From Octopus bimaculoides (lineage: Eukaryota): a stretch of DNA of 53,477 nucleotides. The position numbers and the translations under genes were made by a program. The stretch's first letter is position 1, and every line of letters starts with the position of its first letter. This document shows, in pieces, positions 1 through 12,005 of the stretch. The stretch spans positions 21,800,805-21,854,281 of the forward strand of contig NC_068986.1 in the NCBI RefSeq assembly GCF_001194135.2. Direction: 5' to 3'. The notes under the pieces are model-generated. The model did no database searches, was not told where the DNA came from, and worked only from the letters and a program-made list of their open reading frames with translations.

Positions 1-157
1 AAATATTCCGGATCACTCAACAATTTTTGCAACACAGTTTAAACAATCTTTTGAGAAATAGGAAAAAAAAAAATGAGCAAAATGCTATAGAAACGAACCA
101 AAACGTATTTTGCATAACTTTATTAGTATTAACTATTGTTGTTATTATTTTTTTTAT

Positions 158-537
158 AGGCATGGCTGCATGGTAAGAAGCCTGCTTCCCCACCACACGG
201 TTCCGGGTTCAGTCCCACTGCGTGGTGTACCTTGGGCAAGTGTCTTCTACTATAGCCTCGGGCTGACCAAAGCCTTGTGAGTGGATTTGGTAGACGGGAA
301 CTGAAAGAAGTCCGTCGTATATATATATGTGTGTGTCTGTGTCTGTGTTAATCCCCCCACCATCGCTTGACAACCGATGTTGATGTGTTTACGTCCCCCG
401 TAACTTAGCGGTTCGGCAAAAGAAACCGATAGAATAAGTACTAGGTTTACAAAGAATAAATCCTGGGGTCGATTTGTTCGACTAAATGCGGTGCTCCAGC
501 ATGACCACAGTCAAATGACTGAAACAAGTAAAAGAAT
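158..537 (+). mobile_element. tRNA-derived SINE family A (Octopus OR1-like) with internal (TA)/(TG) microsatellite
   Basis: tRNA-like head with B box GGTTCAGTCCC, ggggtcgatttgttcgact core, gtaaaaga tail; many sibling copies in the window. The family name is from recall. Confidence 0.8.
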
Positions 538-825
538 GGAAAAAAAAAGAAAAATTCCAGAAAATCAGAATTAGAATTAATTTTAATTTATTTGTTTGAT
601 GGCTTAAAAAAAATATAGCCAGAAAGTAGATAAAATAAAATATTTCAGTTCAGTCAATCAAGTGATTTCTTGTTATTTCCATACAAAATTTGGAGAAATT
701 ACTAAAACATGATCTAGCTTTCAATTAAATGAAATAGAAACAGAACAAAGTATATTTTGCTTAACTTTATTATTCTGCTTTATACGATTCTGCTGACCCC
801 ACAACCACTTTTTGCCTCATATATT

Positions 826-1034
826 AATAATCCTTTCTACTATAAGCACAAGGTCGGGATTTTGAGGGGAGGGGATTAAGTCGATTACATCGACCCTAGT
901 ACTCAACTGGTACTTGATTTATCGACCCCGAAAAGTTGAAAGGCAAAGTCGACCTCTGCGGAATTTGAACTCAGAACGTAGCGGCAGACGAAATATCGCG
1001 CGGCGTGCTAGCGATTCTGCCAGCTCGCCGCCTT
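826..1034 (-). mobile_element. SINE family B (OR2-like), full length
   Basis: Reverse complement of the ggcggcgagctggcagaatcgctagc...gagttcaaattcc...ggggtcgat element repeated more than 20 times in the window. Confidence 0.8.
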
Positions 1035-1499
1035 CTCCCATATATTAATAATAATAATTGAGAAATGATAATAATTATTATTATTTCTCTTAATTCCACA
1101 ATAAAAATTAGAATAAATTTTATTTGGTTAGCTTACTGACTTTTTTGAAAATTTTCTCTTGACAATCAGAAAATAGTTATAAATAAAACAAGTTCTGCAC
1201 TTCAAAATGCACTTTAAGTCAGTCAAACAATTATATCTCTGGACATTCGACTGCTGACTTAAATGCAACAACGGTGTATTTCCGGTTGACAAATCGCTTC
1301 TGCCATACACTTTGCCTTACATCCCGTGCAGAAACTAACAATAAATGAATGGAAACCGTTATTACCAAGTATCTAAAAAGTACACGAAGTTCTCTGTCAA
1401 CTTCAAATTGTGTTGATCAACAATTTAGTATTGTGTACTGGAGTTTTTCTCACCTGTTTATTTAATACACCGGGTCTTTTAGCCTCGCAGACTGTCAGC

Positions 1500-1606
1500 A
1501 TGGTTGACACTAGTGGCAACCTTTCAGATTCACCCTATGACAACATTCCTCCAACTCAAATCCAACGACAGCACTTTTATGCTTTGTATACTTTCCACTC
1601 GACCAG
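1500..1606 (+). CDS. Candidate first coding exon MVDTSGNLSDSPYDNIPPTQIQRQHFYALYTFHSTR
   Basis: ATG at 1500; donor CAG|GTAATC at 1607; phase 2 end matches the exon at 5500; lies in a comparatively CpG-rich region. Alternative 5' structures exist. Confidence 0.4.
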
Positions 1607-1829
1607 GTAATCTTTCGCATTATTCAAATGTCATGATACAACAATATCATATATCCATGTTTATGTGTGTGTGCGCGCGTGTGGATGTGTGTCCAGTAAA
1701 TGTTTTGCTGTCAAGTCTAAAGTACACACGTCTTAGAAAAGTTTTGTTGATTTATTTATTTATTCAGTGATTTCTGTTTTGCTCTTTAGTTGTTTGTTTA
1801 TTCGTTGTTGTCTTCTTTGATCTTTGTAG

Positions 1830-1999
1830 CAGACAGAAAATTATGTTCAACGTAGGCAAAGTAACCATCTTATATAAGAATCTACTGCTTCTGCTGCTAA
1901 AAAGTGTCTTCTGGGGCTTATAGACATATCTAAACCACAGACACGTACAAGAACGAGACGATGTTTCTTTATCTATAAGCTCATATGGATTTTCATTGT
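1830..1999 (+). other. Exon-like segment (optional or decayed exon) QTENYVQRRQSNHLI*ESTASAAKKCLLGLIDISKPQ...
   Basis: Polypyrimidine tract with TAG/CAG tandem acceptor; donor GT|GTATGA at 2000; phase 2 end fits the 5500 exon. Contains TAA at 1875 and does not join exon 1 in the MVDT frame. Confidence 0.35.
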
Positions 2000-2065
2000 G
2001 TATGATTCGCTCTAGCTTTTATGTTATTGATCTTGTTTATTAAGGACAAAGAACGTGTAGCAACA

Positions 2066-2107
<42 letters not shown>

Positions 2108-3777
2108 NNNNNNNNNNNNNNNNNNNNNNNNNNNNNNNNNNNNNNNNNNNNNNNNNNNNNNNNNNNNNNNNNNNNNNNNNNNNNNNNNNNNNNNNNNNNN
2201 NNNNNNNNNNNNNNNNNNNNNNNNNNNNNNNNNNNNNNNNNNNNNNNNNNNNNNNNNNNNNNNNNNNNNNNNNNNNNNNNNNNNNNNNNNNNNNNNNNNN
2301 TCATCTGTTTGGCATGGAAATAGCGATACAATCAACATTCGTTTACACAAACTCATTCATACATACAATTCACCTTAATACATTTCGATGTAAACAAACC
2401 GTGTCTATTTCCTTTGTCATAAAATTCTAGGTTGTTTTACGTTTCGTTACTATTTTCATTAATGGATCGTTATCTATAAAGATTCTCCTCTCTGTACATA
2501 TTAATGATTTAAAAGAATTGATTTTTTTTTTTATTATCAGAGGGGCGGGATTGGTGATAGTACTAACTTTAAATCGATTTCCTTTTCTTTTTTTTTTTGT
2601 TATAGATATTTTTTCGTTACCTTCTTGTCGATCTTTGATTAATGCGTGTCACTTTCACTTAGATCGTTTAGAATTTGGTGATGATTGGTGTTCGAAATGT
2701 GATATTAAGGAATTTTGGCTGCTGTTTCTAGCAAGTCAAGCGACTGCATAGAGGCGAGAATGCTTTTCTTTTAACGAAACATTGCCGAAAAATTAATTTG
2801 TTTCTGTTTTGTAGTTTTAGAGGCAAAATAAATAAATTATTAACTGGAGTTTTGTTATCAGCTTTTGGAAACTCTTAAGTTTTCCCTTCAGTTTTGTAAA
2901 TGAATGCCAACAGTATGCTCTGATAATAATTTTGAACTAAATGAAGGACGTTTTTGGCCCGTGTTCAACCACCGCAGTCAAAGTAATTTTATATTATGGA
3001 AAAGTAAATCCATAAAATAAATAAACTGTTATAGGCCATATTGATCAGAAATGGCAATGATAATCTTTTAAAATGATTGCCCACCACCTCTATCCCGACC
3101 TTATTTATACCATCATTGAAATTCTTTGAGATTGATTTCATCTAAAAGACGGCGCTGTTCTTTCATTCACCTTCGGTGAATGTCGCTTAAGACTAACTGA
3201 GGTTACTAGGCGGTGTCCACTCGATCCTGTTTATAAATGTCGTTTATCATCACTGGAATTCTTTCACGTAATTCTTAAAAATTCTTCGGTGTTTTGGGAT
3301 TTTTTTTCTTGGCATGACACCAAAAGGACACAATATACCGTATGTTTGTGCACTGACAACTAGCAGAATTGGTGAAATACTATCACAACATACTATTGTA
3401 GTAACGAGCATGTGTATTAATTCTCTTCCGTCAGAATATTATTTAAACGACGAGCAGTTTTAGTTTCTCTAACGAAATCTATTTCTGCAAAAGCGGAAAT
3501 GGTTGTTATGTTATGCAACAAACTATCCAAATTTAACAGCTACAAAATTTTCAAAACTCGTGTACAACCCCCTCCCCCTCCCCTCTCTTATTAAACAACT
3601 GTAACGCCAAAATATCACCTATGACAACTGGTTGCAGCTACAAAAATCTTCCGCGGTTGCCAAACCGATATATTACAACCGTTATTGTAAGGATATGGAA
3701 GTTTAGTAAACCCATTGGCTTCAGATTTCCGGACATCGAGGTCAAATGAATTCGCAATGTTTACATATATATATATG

Positions 3778-3822
<45 letters not shown>

Positions 3823-4419
3823 ACACGTACACACTTTTATTAGTTTTAATCTCATTGGACTGTAGCCATACCGGGCCACTCAATGCCTTCGTGGGTATTA
3901 TCGATTATATTAACCTCTCTACTTGATTGACTAGTATACATTTTATTGAATTCTGAAGGATGAAAAGTAAAAATCAGTTTATAGGGGTGTATGCATGCAT
4001 ACATGTACGTGTGTGTATGTGGAGGTGGCAGTAGTAGTAGTCGTTTCTTTAGTGATAGAACTAAAACGTCTACAACTAAAAAAACCGTACTCAACGTGTT
4101 TGAAGGCAGAGTTTGTAAATTGACATTTCGAAGTGCACTTAAAAATTGCAAGAACTTTTCATTTGGAAAACAGCAAAACTGCTTCTAGATTGTTATAGTT
4201 TTGGATGTAACTAGGAGATGATGTTGGAAAATGTTCACTGTAAAGTGGTACTGGTGCAAGTTTGTGTGATTGTATGTGTACACAAAGACATGTCTTTTAA
4301 AACGTAAGGGTTTGCATGGGTTGAGGTGAGGATAGAAAAGTTGATGGGGGGAGGGAAAGAAAGGATAGACTGTTTGGCCTTCAAGATATAAATGTACATA
4401 TTTACATACATAAATCGTG

Positions 4420-4794
4420 GCACTCCATCAGTTACAATGATGAGGGTTCCAGTTGATCCGACCAGTGGAACAGCCTGCTTGTGAAATTAACGTGCAAGTG
4501 GCTGAGCACTCCACAGACACGTGTACTCTTAACGTAGTTCTCGGGGATATTCAGCATGACACAGAGTGTGACAAGGCTGGCCCTTTGAAATACAGGTACA
4601 ACAGAAACAGGAGAAAAGAGTGAGAGAAAGTTGTGGTGAAAGAGTACAGCAGGGTTCACCATCACACCCTGCCGGAACCTCGTGGAGCTTTAGATGTTTT
4701 CACTCAATAAACACTCACAACGCTTGGTCTGGGAATCGAAACCGCGATCCTACAACCACAAGTTCGCTGTCCTAACCACTGGGCCATTGCACTC
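4420..4794 (-). mobile_element. tRNA-headed SINE family C
   Basis: Minus strand begins gcaatggcccagtggttaggacagcg...ggtttcgattccc (A and B boxes); 3' half shared with the copy at 15343-15608. Confidence 0.7.
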
Positions 4795-5499
4795 CATACA
4801 TAAATACATATACACAGACATATGTATACAAATACATCTACACAAGAGTATACATACAGATGCACCTATGCAGATAAGTATCCAAATAAGCACATATATT
4901 TGGGAAGTTTGTTGGGATAGAATCCCCAAGCATTTCTTCCATAGGATCGTATCATAAGTATCTGCCATTAACCTTTCCTGCTGAATTTCCAAGCATGACC
5001 AAGTAAAACTATGGATGTTATCCAACCACCTCATTCCTGGTGTACCCTTATATCTCTGTTTGGAGTAGTGAGGCATGAGAATTTGATAGTGCATTTATTA
5101 AATATGTTGTAGTACCTGTGTTGGGGTGGAAAGTGTTTACTCATATAAAGAATATTTTAGCAACAGGTGTTGCAAGATTGAAGATGGGGCATATTTTTTT
5201 GTAGCTCCTGGCTGACTGATGCTTTGTAAGTGGAATTGGTTTTGAAAACAGTACAGAGGCCTGTATTCGGCTGTAGGAAATCTGCCTCAATGAACTCCAT
5301 CTGACCTGTACAAGTATGGCAGAGTGGACGTTAAAACAATGATGAAGACAATGATGGCTACCTCCATAAAACCATCTGCATTGCATCCTGTTTTTATTGC
5401 CAATAACAAATGTCCTTACCTTTTCTGCTTTGCTTGCACCCTATCTTTCTTACCATTGTGAATTACCCTCGACATCATAAAAGTTACTTTCCATTCTAG

Positions 5500-5583
5500 G
5501 TCCAAACCTCGGAAGTGTCAAGAGAAAAGTGAAGCTTCAGTAGAGGACCAAGAGAAGGGTGATGATGATATTGAAGAACTAAG
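5500..5583 (+). CDS. Internal exon SKPRKCQEKSEASVEDQEKGDDDIEEL
   Basis: ttccattctag acceptor, AAG|GTATGA donor, 84 nt, phase 2-2, open frame. Confidence 0.75.
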
Positions 5584-5588
5584 GTATG

Positions 5589-5620
<32 letters not shown>

Positions 5621-6294
5621 NNNNNNNNNNNNNNNNNNNNNNNNNNNNNNNNNNNNNNNNNNNNNNNNNNNNNNNNNNNNNNNNNNNNNNNNNNNNNNNN
5701 NNNNNNNNNNNNNNNNNNNNNNNNNNNNNNNNNNNNNNNNNNNNNNNNNNNNNNNNNNNNNNNNNNNNNNNNNNNNNNNNNNNNNNNNNNNNNNNNNNNN
5801 NNNNNNNNNNNNNNNNNNNNNNNNNNNNNNNNNNNNNNNNNNNNNNNNNNNNNNNNNNNNNNNNNNNNNNNNNNNNNNNNNNNNNNNNNNNNNNNNNNNN
5901 NNNNNNNNNNNNNNNNNNNNNNNNNNNNNNNNNNNNNNNNNNNNNNNNNNNNNNNNNNNNNNNNNNNNNNNNNNNNNNNNNNNNNNNNNNNNNNNNNNNN
6001 NNNNNNNNNNNNNNNNNNNNNNNNNNNNNNNNNNNNNNNNNNNNNNNNNNNNNNNNNNNNNNNNNNNNNNNNNNNNNNNNNNNNNNNNNNNNNNNNNNNN
6101 NNNNNNNNNNNNNNNNNNNNNNNNNNNNNNNNNNNNNNNNNNNNNNNNNNNNNNNNNNNNNNNNNNNNNNNNNNNNNNNNNNNNNNNNNNNNNNNNNNNN
6201 NNNNNNNNNNNNNNNNNNNNNNNNNNNNNNNNNNNNNNNNNNNNNNNNNNNNNNNNNNNNNNNNNNNNNNNNNNNNNNNNNNNNNNNNNNNNNN

Positions 6295-6352
<58 letters not shown>

Positions 6353-6590
6353 TTATGTTGAGTTATAATAAAAATTATTTAACATTAAATGGAAGGAGTA
6401 CTCAATACTTTGGTGAAATACATATCATTGCACTTTTCCAAGAAGAGGAGTGGCAGTGACTTTGAAATTTCAGTCTGCTAGTCTTCATAGGACAGTTTGA
6501 CAAAATCTAGCAGGCCAAAGCTTCAAAGTCACTGTCACTCCTCTTCCTATATATGTATACATTTGTATATATCTTTTTTTTTCTTTACAG

Positions 6591-6716
6591 TCTTTCTATT
6601 GTAGCTACAGATTTAAATGCAGGGATTGAAATTGAGTTGCGGAAGTGTTTGGTACAGCGTTTATCGAAAGGTGTTGACTGCATTGGTAGCGGAAATGTTG
6701 TTAGCTTAACTTCTAG
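6591..6716 (+). CDS. Internal exon LSIVATDLNAGIEIELRKCLVQRLSKGVDCIGSGNVVSLTS
   Basis: tttttttttctttacag acceptor, TAG|GTGAAT donor, 126 nt, phase 2-2, open. Confidence 0.75.
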
Positions 6717-7828
6717 GTGAATATTGAAATGTTCTTTTTTAAATTCATGAGGATTTAGATTTTGAAATATTTTAATGGAATTTTCACTCTTTGGATTATG
6801 GATAAGCTCCGTAAAATTTCTTTTCTTTACCTTCATCCAAACTTTAGTTATAATTATTTCTTTTGGTGAGGCATAATACCATCTCTTACCAAAAGATTCC
6901 CACAGTGATATGAAACCTGGTACTATGCGGTTGCCAAGCGATCTTCTTAACCATGCAATCATTCCTGCTTTCTTCAAATCTTTCTGATACTTGTAAATGT
7001 CAATACATTCTTAATTATTATAACTAGCAAAAAGACTGCCTTCCTGGTAGTTTTCTGCTGGTCACTAAATGATATTTACACATCTGATTCCCAACTTGTT
7101 TCATTTTACTGATATGTTACCATTAATTTTCTTCTGTATCCTTTATTAGTCTAATGCTGTAGTGAATAGAAATTACTTTCATGTTTGAATTGAGTAGTTG
7201 AAATCTTCAATAATAAAAGATGCTTGAAAACCAATTTTGATACAAAAATATATATTACAATTGGAATTTATAAGAATTTTCTAGATAATATAGACTTTAA
7301 TAATTGCTTTCCTTTAGTAAAAGTTATATACTCCAAGCTAATTAATAAACAGCTTTCTTTATCACATAGATAGATGTACACTTATTAACTCTAGTACTTT
7401 GCTCAGCTCCACAATAACATTTCTCTCAGATTCTGATTGAAACTTAAATTCGGTCAGTCATTGTAGAAATCTCAGAATTCTGTTTGGTTGACTAATTCAT
7501 ACTTTAAATTAAGGATCAGATCTCCACTCTTAGACAAAGGACAGGACTCTACCTGTCCAGCTAAATATTGATCCATTTCACAGTAGAGTAGCTGAGAGTC
7601 CTGTTGTTTAGCTCTACCTCAGCATTGATATGTGACATTCCATCCATGACTACCCTCTCTTTTTCTTTATCAAGGACAACTTTAAAAATAACATTGTCTT
7701 CTTTTGACTTGCCTGCTATTTCTAGCTGGTAGTATAACCATTCTGTGAATTTATTTATTATTTATTTAATTTCATACATGATTCATTTTTGTTTCAATTT
7801 TATAAAAAAGAAATAAATTCTTTTTCAG

Positions 7829-7958
7829 TGAAAATTCAGATTTTCCATCAGTCTGCTATTATTGTCTATGGAAATCTGATTCAAATCCTGCCTGCAAAAG
7901 TACACCGGTGCTACCCCCATCACCAAAATCTCGGACAACATCTACTGGAGATTATTTA
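7829..7958 (+). CDS. Internal exon ENSDFPSVCYYCLWKSDSNPACKSTPVLPPSPKSRTTSTGDYL
   Basis: ttctttttcag acceptor, TTA|GTATGT donor, 130 nt, phase 2-0, open. Confidence 0.7.
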
Positions 7959-9097
7959 GTATGTTTCCTGTTTAGTCAAGAAGATTCACTTGAACAATAT
8001 CCTTTACTATTAACTTGTTGTGTCCATCTTCTCTTTCTAGTATTTTTATTCTCTTTCTTTTGCATTGAGTTAAACATGAATTTTTGGAGTTATTTTCCGT
8101 TTTGTTTTCTCTTTTAATTACAGAGACTAATGGTTCTTTGAACTTAGTGATTTAGCTTCCTATTAAAGGACTGGATGCGGAATGGCTCTGTCCTACATAA
8201 TGTATACATGTGTGTTGGTTTGTTTGTGTCTCCTTATCTTGACATTGTGCAATAGTTGTAAGCAAGCATCATCTCTATGGTAGAAGACACTTGTCTACAA
8301 TGTCATGTAGAGGGAATGAACCTGGAACCACATATTTGCAAAACAAATTTCATAATTATGCAGCCATGTTTATGTACCTATGCAATATCAAATACCATTT
8401 ACAATACAATCTCAGCTGTGAATTCATAATCTGTTAATATTTGTTATTCGTTTTCTTGATCATATTTGCTTTGAAGGAACGGAAACAAAATTCAGAGGAC
8501 TGTTCTTATTGGAGACAAGACAACCTTTCTTGTACTGGTGCCAGAATAAAATGTACCCCGTACACTTAGTAAGGTAGTTGACAAACAAAGGCAATATAGA
8601 TAGTAGTCTCTTTTTATCTGGCTGTTGATATGACAACTTCTCTAGTGCTGTTACCACAATAATATGCACCCAGTACACTCTGTAAGTAATTGATAAACAA
8701 AAACATCATAGAGGGTGGACTTTATGGTCTAGATGAGGACAGCAATCCTTCTAGTGCTGGTGCCACATTAAAATACACCTAGTACATTCTGTATAGTGGT
8801 TGGTGTTAGAAGGCTATGCAATTGTAGAAACCATAGCAAAAATGAAGTATAGGGGTAAGATATGATCCTTTGATTTGCTTTTGAGGACAATCATCTGAAT
8901 AAGAATGGATATGAAAATCTGTTCAACCTATGCCAGACTGGAAATGTCATAGAACAATGATGATGATTACAACACCGTTAAAAGTATTGGAACACATAGG
9001 AATCTGTTCCTGATAAACTGAAGGCCTTCTTTTATTTATAGAATTTAACATAATCATCATCTTATGCAATGAAAGAATTATAGAATCAGGTGTTGCA

Positions 9098-9380
9098 CAT
9101 CATCATCATTTAATGTCCATTTTCCATGCTGGCATGGGTTGGACGGCTTGACTGAGGTCTGGAGATCCAGCGGCTGCACCAGGCTCCAATCTGATCTAGC
9201 AAGGTTTCTACAGCTGGATGACCTTCCTAATGCCAACCACTCCGAGAGTGTAGCAGGTGCTTTTTATGTGCCACCGGCACAGGAGCCAGTCAGGCGGGCC
9301 TGGCATCAATCATGTTCGGATAGTGCTTTTTACATGCCACCGGCATGGGGGCTAGTCAGGGGGTACTGGCATCAGCCATA
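9098..9380 (-). mobile_element. RTE-tailed element, 3' part (GAT)n tail plus two internal repeat units
   Basis: ttaggaagg(g)catccagctgtagaaa and ccaacccatgc-agcatggaaa motifs with (gat)n tail. Confidence 0.7.
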
Positions 9381-9460
9381 TTTGGCACAACATTTTATTA
9401 TTCATCTCAATTGTCTTGACTTAACGAACTGTTTGAAGATCCATCAATATTGATATTTAA

Positions 9461-9684
9461 CCCTTTAGCATTCAGATTACTGTCAAATGCAATGCATTTT
9501 TATTCACATTGTTTTTGAATTAATCATGTATTACTTCATAACTTCAAGAGTTCAATAATGTGATTGTATATTTTAAGAATGACATTGCAGGTAGGTGTGA
9601 GAGGCCAAATCTGGCCAGTTTGAACACAAGTAGAACACAGGTAAAATATTTCAGCTGGATGTGACCGGATTAACTGCTAAAGGG
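9461..9684. mobile_element. piggyBac-type MITE
   Basis: TTAA|CCCTTTAGCA...TGCTAAAGGG|TTAA: CCC/GGG termini with TTAA target duplication. Confidence 0.75.
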
Positions 9685-9776
9685 TTAAACAGTTATTTTT
9701 TTTCTTTTGTCTGCAAAAAAAAAATAAATAAATAAAATCAGAGAGTAATTGATAAATTAATCACGCATTATTACAG

Positions 9777-9884
9777 ATTTCTATACAACCATCTACATCC
9801 TTTGATTCTCCTTAACAATTGCCTACCTTTCGTGTTGATCTTGATGATTATAGTGGAGGTGTTCTACAATACCTTGATGCTGAG
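9777..9884 (+). CDS. Internal exon ISIQPSTSFDSP*QLPTFRVDLDDYSGGVLQYLDAE (in-frame TAA)
   Basis: ttacag acceptor, GAG|GTAATA donor, 108 nt, phase 0-0; TAA at 9813-9815 in the frame required by both neighbouring exons. Confidence 0.65.
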
Positions 9885-10233
9885 GTAATATAGTCACTCA
9901 TATTTTATGATCTTTGAAACTAAACCAACATAAATGTGTATGAATAATTTAGATGTTTTGTCTTCAGGTTATTTCTTTTGTTTTGTTTTGTTTTGTTTGT
10001 TTTTGTTGCATCTTGTAACTTAATTAATTTCTTACACTCCACATTAGTGTGACTTTTGTAGTTTTTGTTTTATATATATCAGAATGTATTTATCTGGTTT
10101 TTGTTTGTATTGCTAACTCAGAGAAATGGCTTGTTATGACAGAATAGAAAGTAATTTGCTTGTCTAATTTAGTGTGAAACCTTGTATTGTTTATATCTAT
10201 AAATACACACAGACACACATAATATATATATGT

Positions 10234-11060
10234 ATATACTTTATTAAAAAGCAACAAAAATAACACAAAAACGGTTACTCAGATTTTCCCGTTCCCGTTC
10301 GTCAGACAGCTTTGTTTAGAATGGAACAAGATCAAGTTATATGCAGAAACACAATTACTTTGATAGATACACATTTGAAAATGGTTTTGTTTCATTGGTC
10401 CTTTCAACTAACGGTCTTTTCAATAATCAGTTGCATAAAATAACAAATTGCAGTATAAAATCATATTATTATAAAAATCAAAGAAGACCTTAAATCAAAA
10501 ATAGCTTATAAAGAAGGGCAGAGCCTGACTACCCAGAGTAAATAATTAGCTGTAAAATATTAATAAATTAATTCAAAATTTTAATTTATTAATTGATTAA
10601 TATTTTACAGTTAATTATTTACCCTAGGTATTCAGGCTCTGTCCTTCTTCATAAGCTATTTTTGATTTAAGGTTTTCGTTAATTTTTATAATAATATGAT
10701 TTTATACCACAATTTGTTATTGCATGCAATCAGATTGGAGCCTGGTGTAGCCATCTGGTTTCACCAGTCCTCAGTCAAATCGTCCAACCCATGCTAGCAT
10801 GGAAAGCGGACGTTAAACGATGATGATGATGATGCAACCGGTTATTGAAAGGATCAATGAAACAAAACCATTTTCAATTGTGTATCTATCAAACTAATTG
10901 TATATTTTTGCTTATAACCTTATTTTTGTTCCATTCTAAACAAAATTTGAAACAGCGAAAATGTATTCAGGTGGTCATTTTAACATTAATGACGAACAGG
11001 AACGTGAAACTCTGAGTAACAGTTTTTGTGATATTTTTGCTGCTTTTTAATAAAGCATAT
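10234..11060. repeat. Long foldback (palindromic) element with an RTE-tail insertion in the right arm
   Basis: 10234-10575 is an imperfect reverse complement of 10590-11060; insertion at about 10728-10834 is flanked by atgcaa duplication. Confidence 0.8.
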
Positions 11061-11238
11061 TNNNNNNNNNNNNNNNNNNNNNNNNNNNNNNNNNNNNNNN
11101 NNNNNNNNNNNNNNNNNNNNNNNNNNNNNNNNNNNNNNNNNNNNNNNNNNNNNNNNNNNNNNNNNNNNNNNNNNNNNNNNNNNNNNNNNNNNNNNNNNNN
11201 NNNNNNNNNNNNNNNNNNNNNNNNNNNNNNNNNNNNNN

Positions 11239-11278
<40 letters not shown>

Positions 11279-11807
11279 TGTGTGTGTGTATGTTTGGATT
11301 GTTGTTATTTAGGTTTAGTTATTGTTGTCAAAACTTGATTTTATATAGCATGATATAGATACTAATATCGATAGATAAATAGATATTTTGTATATTCATA
11401 TAGGAGAACAATATCATTTTCTCAGTATCTATTGTCAGTTGGGTGTACATAATTATTAACTAACATCAGTATTGTCGTCAGACTTTTAATTTCACTGTGA
11501 AGTTAATTTAATCTTAAAATGACCACCTGAATACATTTTTGCTCTTTCAAATTATGTTTTTTATGTGGTCGATTCATTATTTGTAGGAACATGGTTATAT
11601 GGCTGTCTCTTTTAAAGAAAAAAATTCACTGGAATGATTTCTTTTCATTTAGCCTAATTGTCATTAGTAGCGGTGGGGTGAAGGGCTGTATAGTTCATTG
11701 AATCAACCCCAGTATAATACTGGTACATATATATTTCATTGGTTCTGGAGTCAAAACTTTCATGAATTGAATGCAAAGTAGTGAATTGTTAAATATATGT
11801 TAAGTGT

Positions 11808-12005
11808 AAGGCAGCAAGCTGGCAAAATTGTTAGCATGCCGGACAAAATGCTTAGCAGTATTTTGTCTGTCTTTACATTCTGAGTTCAAATTCTGCCAAG
11901 GTTGTCTTTGCCTTTCATCCTTTTGGGGGTCAATAAAATAAGTACCACCTGAGAACCGGAGTCGATATAGTTGGCTAGCCCTCTCCCCTGAAATTGCTGG
12001 CCTGT
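11808..12005 (+). mobile_element. SINE family B copy
   Basis: Matches family B consensus. Confidence 0.75.

Noticed and set aside
158-260. tRNA-like sequences at SINE 5' ends (also about 4720-4794, 36050-36127 and 43260-43334)
   Set aside because: They have A/B boxes but continue into SINE bodies and lack a complete cloverleaf; not tRNA genes.
1128-1560. Possible minus-strand mini-gene (GESERLPLVSTMLTVCEAKRPGVLNKQ / ...FCTGCKAKCMAEAICQPEIHRCCI*)
   Set aside because: Splice sites can be drawn, but it overlaps the + strand 5' exons, has no recognisable homology, and several frames are equally plausible.
2950-3320. Minus-strand MPRKKIPKHRRIFKNYVKEF, faintly like a transposase N-terminus
   Set aside because: Stops after 21 codons, no TIRs or catalytic motifs; insufficient support.
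1993-6459. Long ORFs with X runs and IYIYIY
   Set aside because: They are N-gaps flanked by (TA)n; no coding evidence.
6585-6977. 130-aa minus-strand ORF, the longest gap-free ORF near the gene
   Set aside because: Partly antisense to the + strand exon 6591-6716, which has proper splice sites and phase; no recognisable motif.
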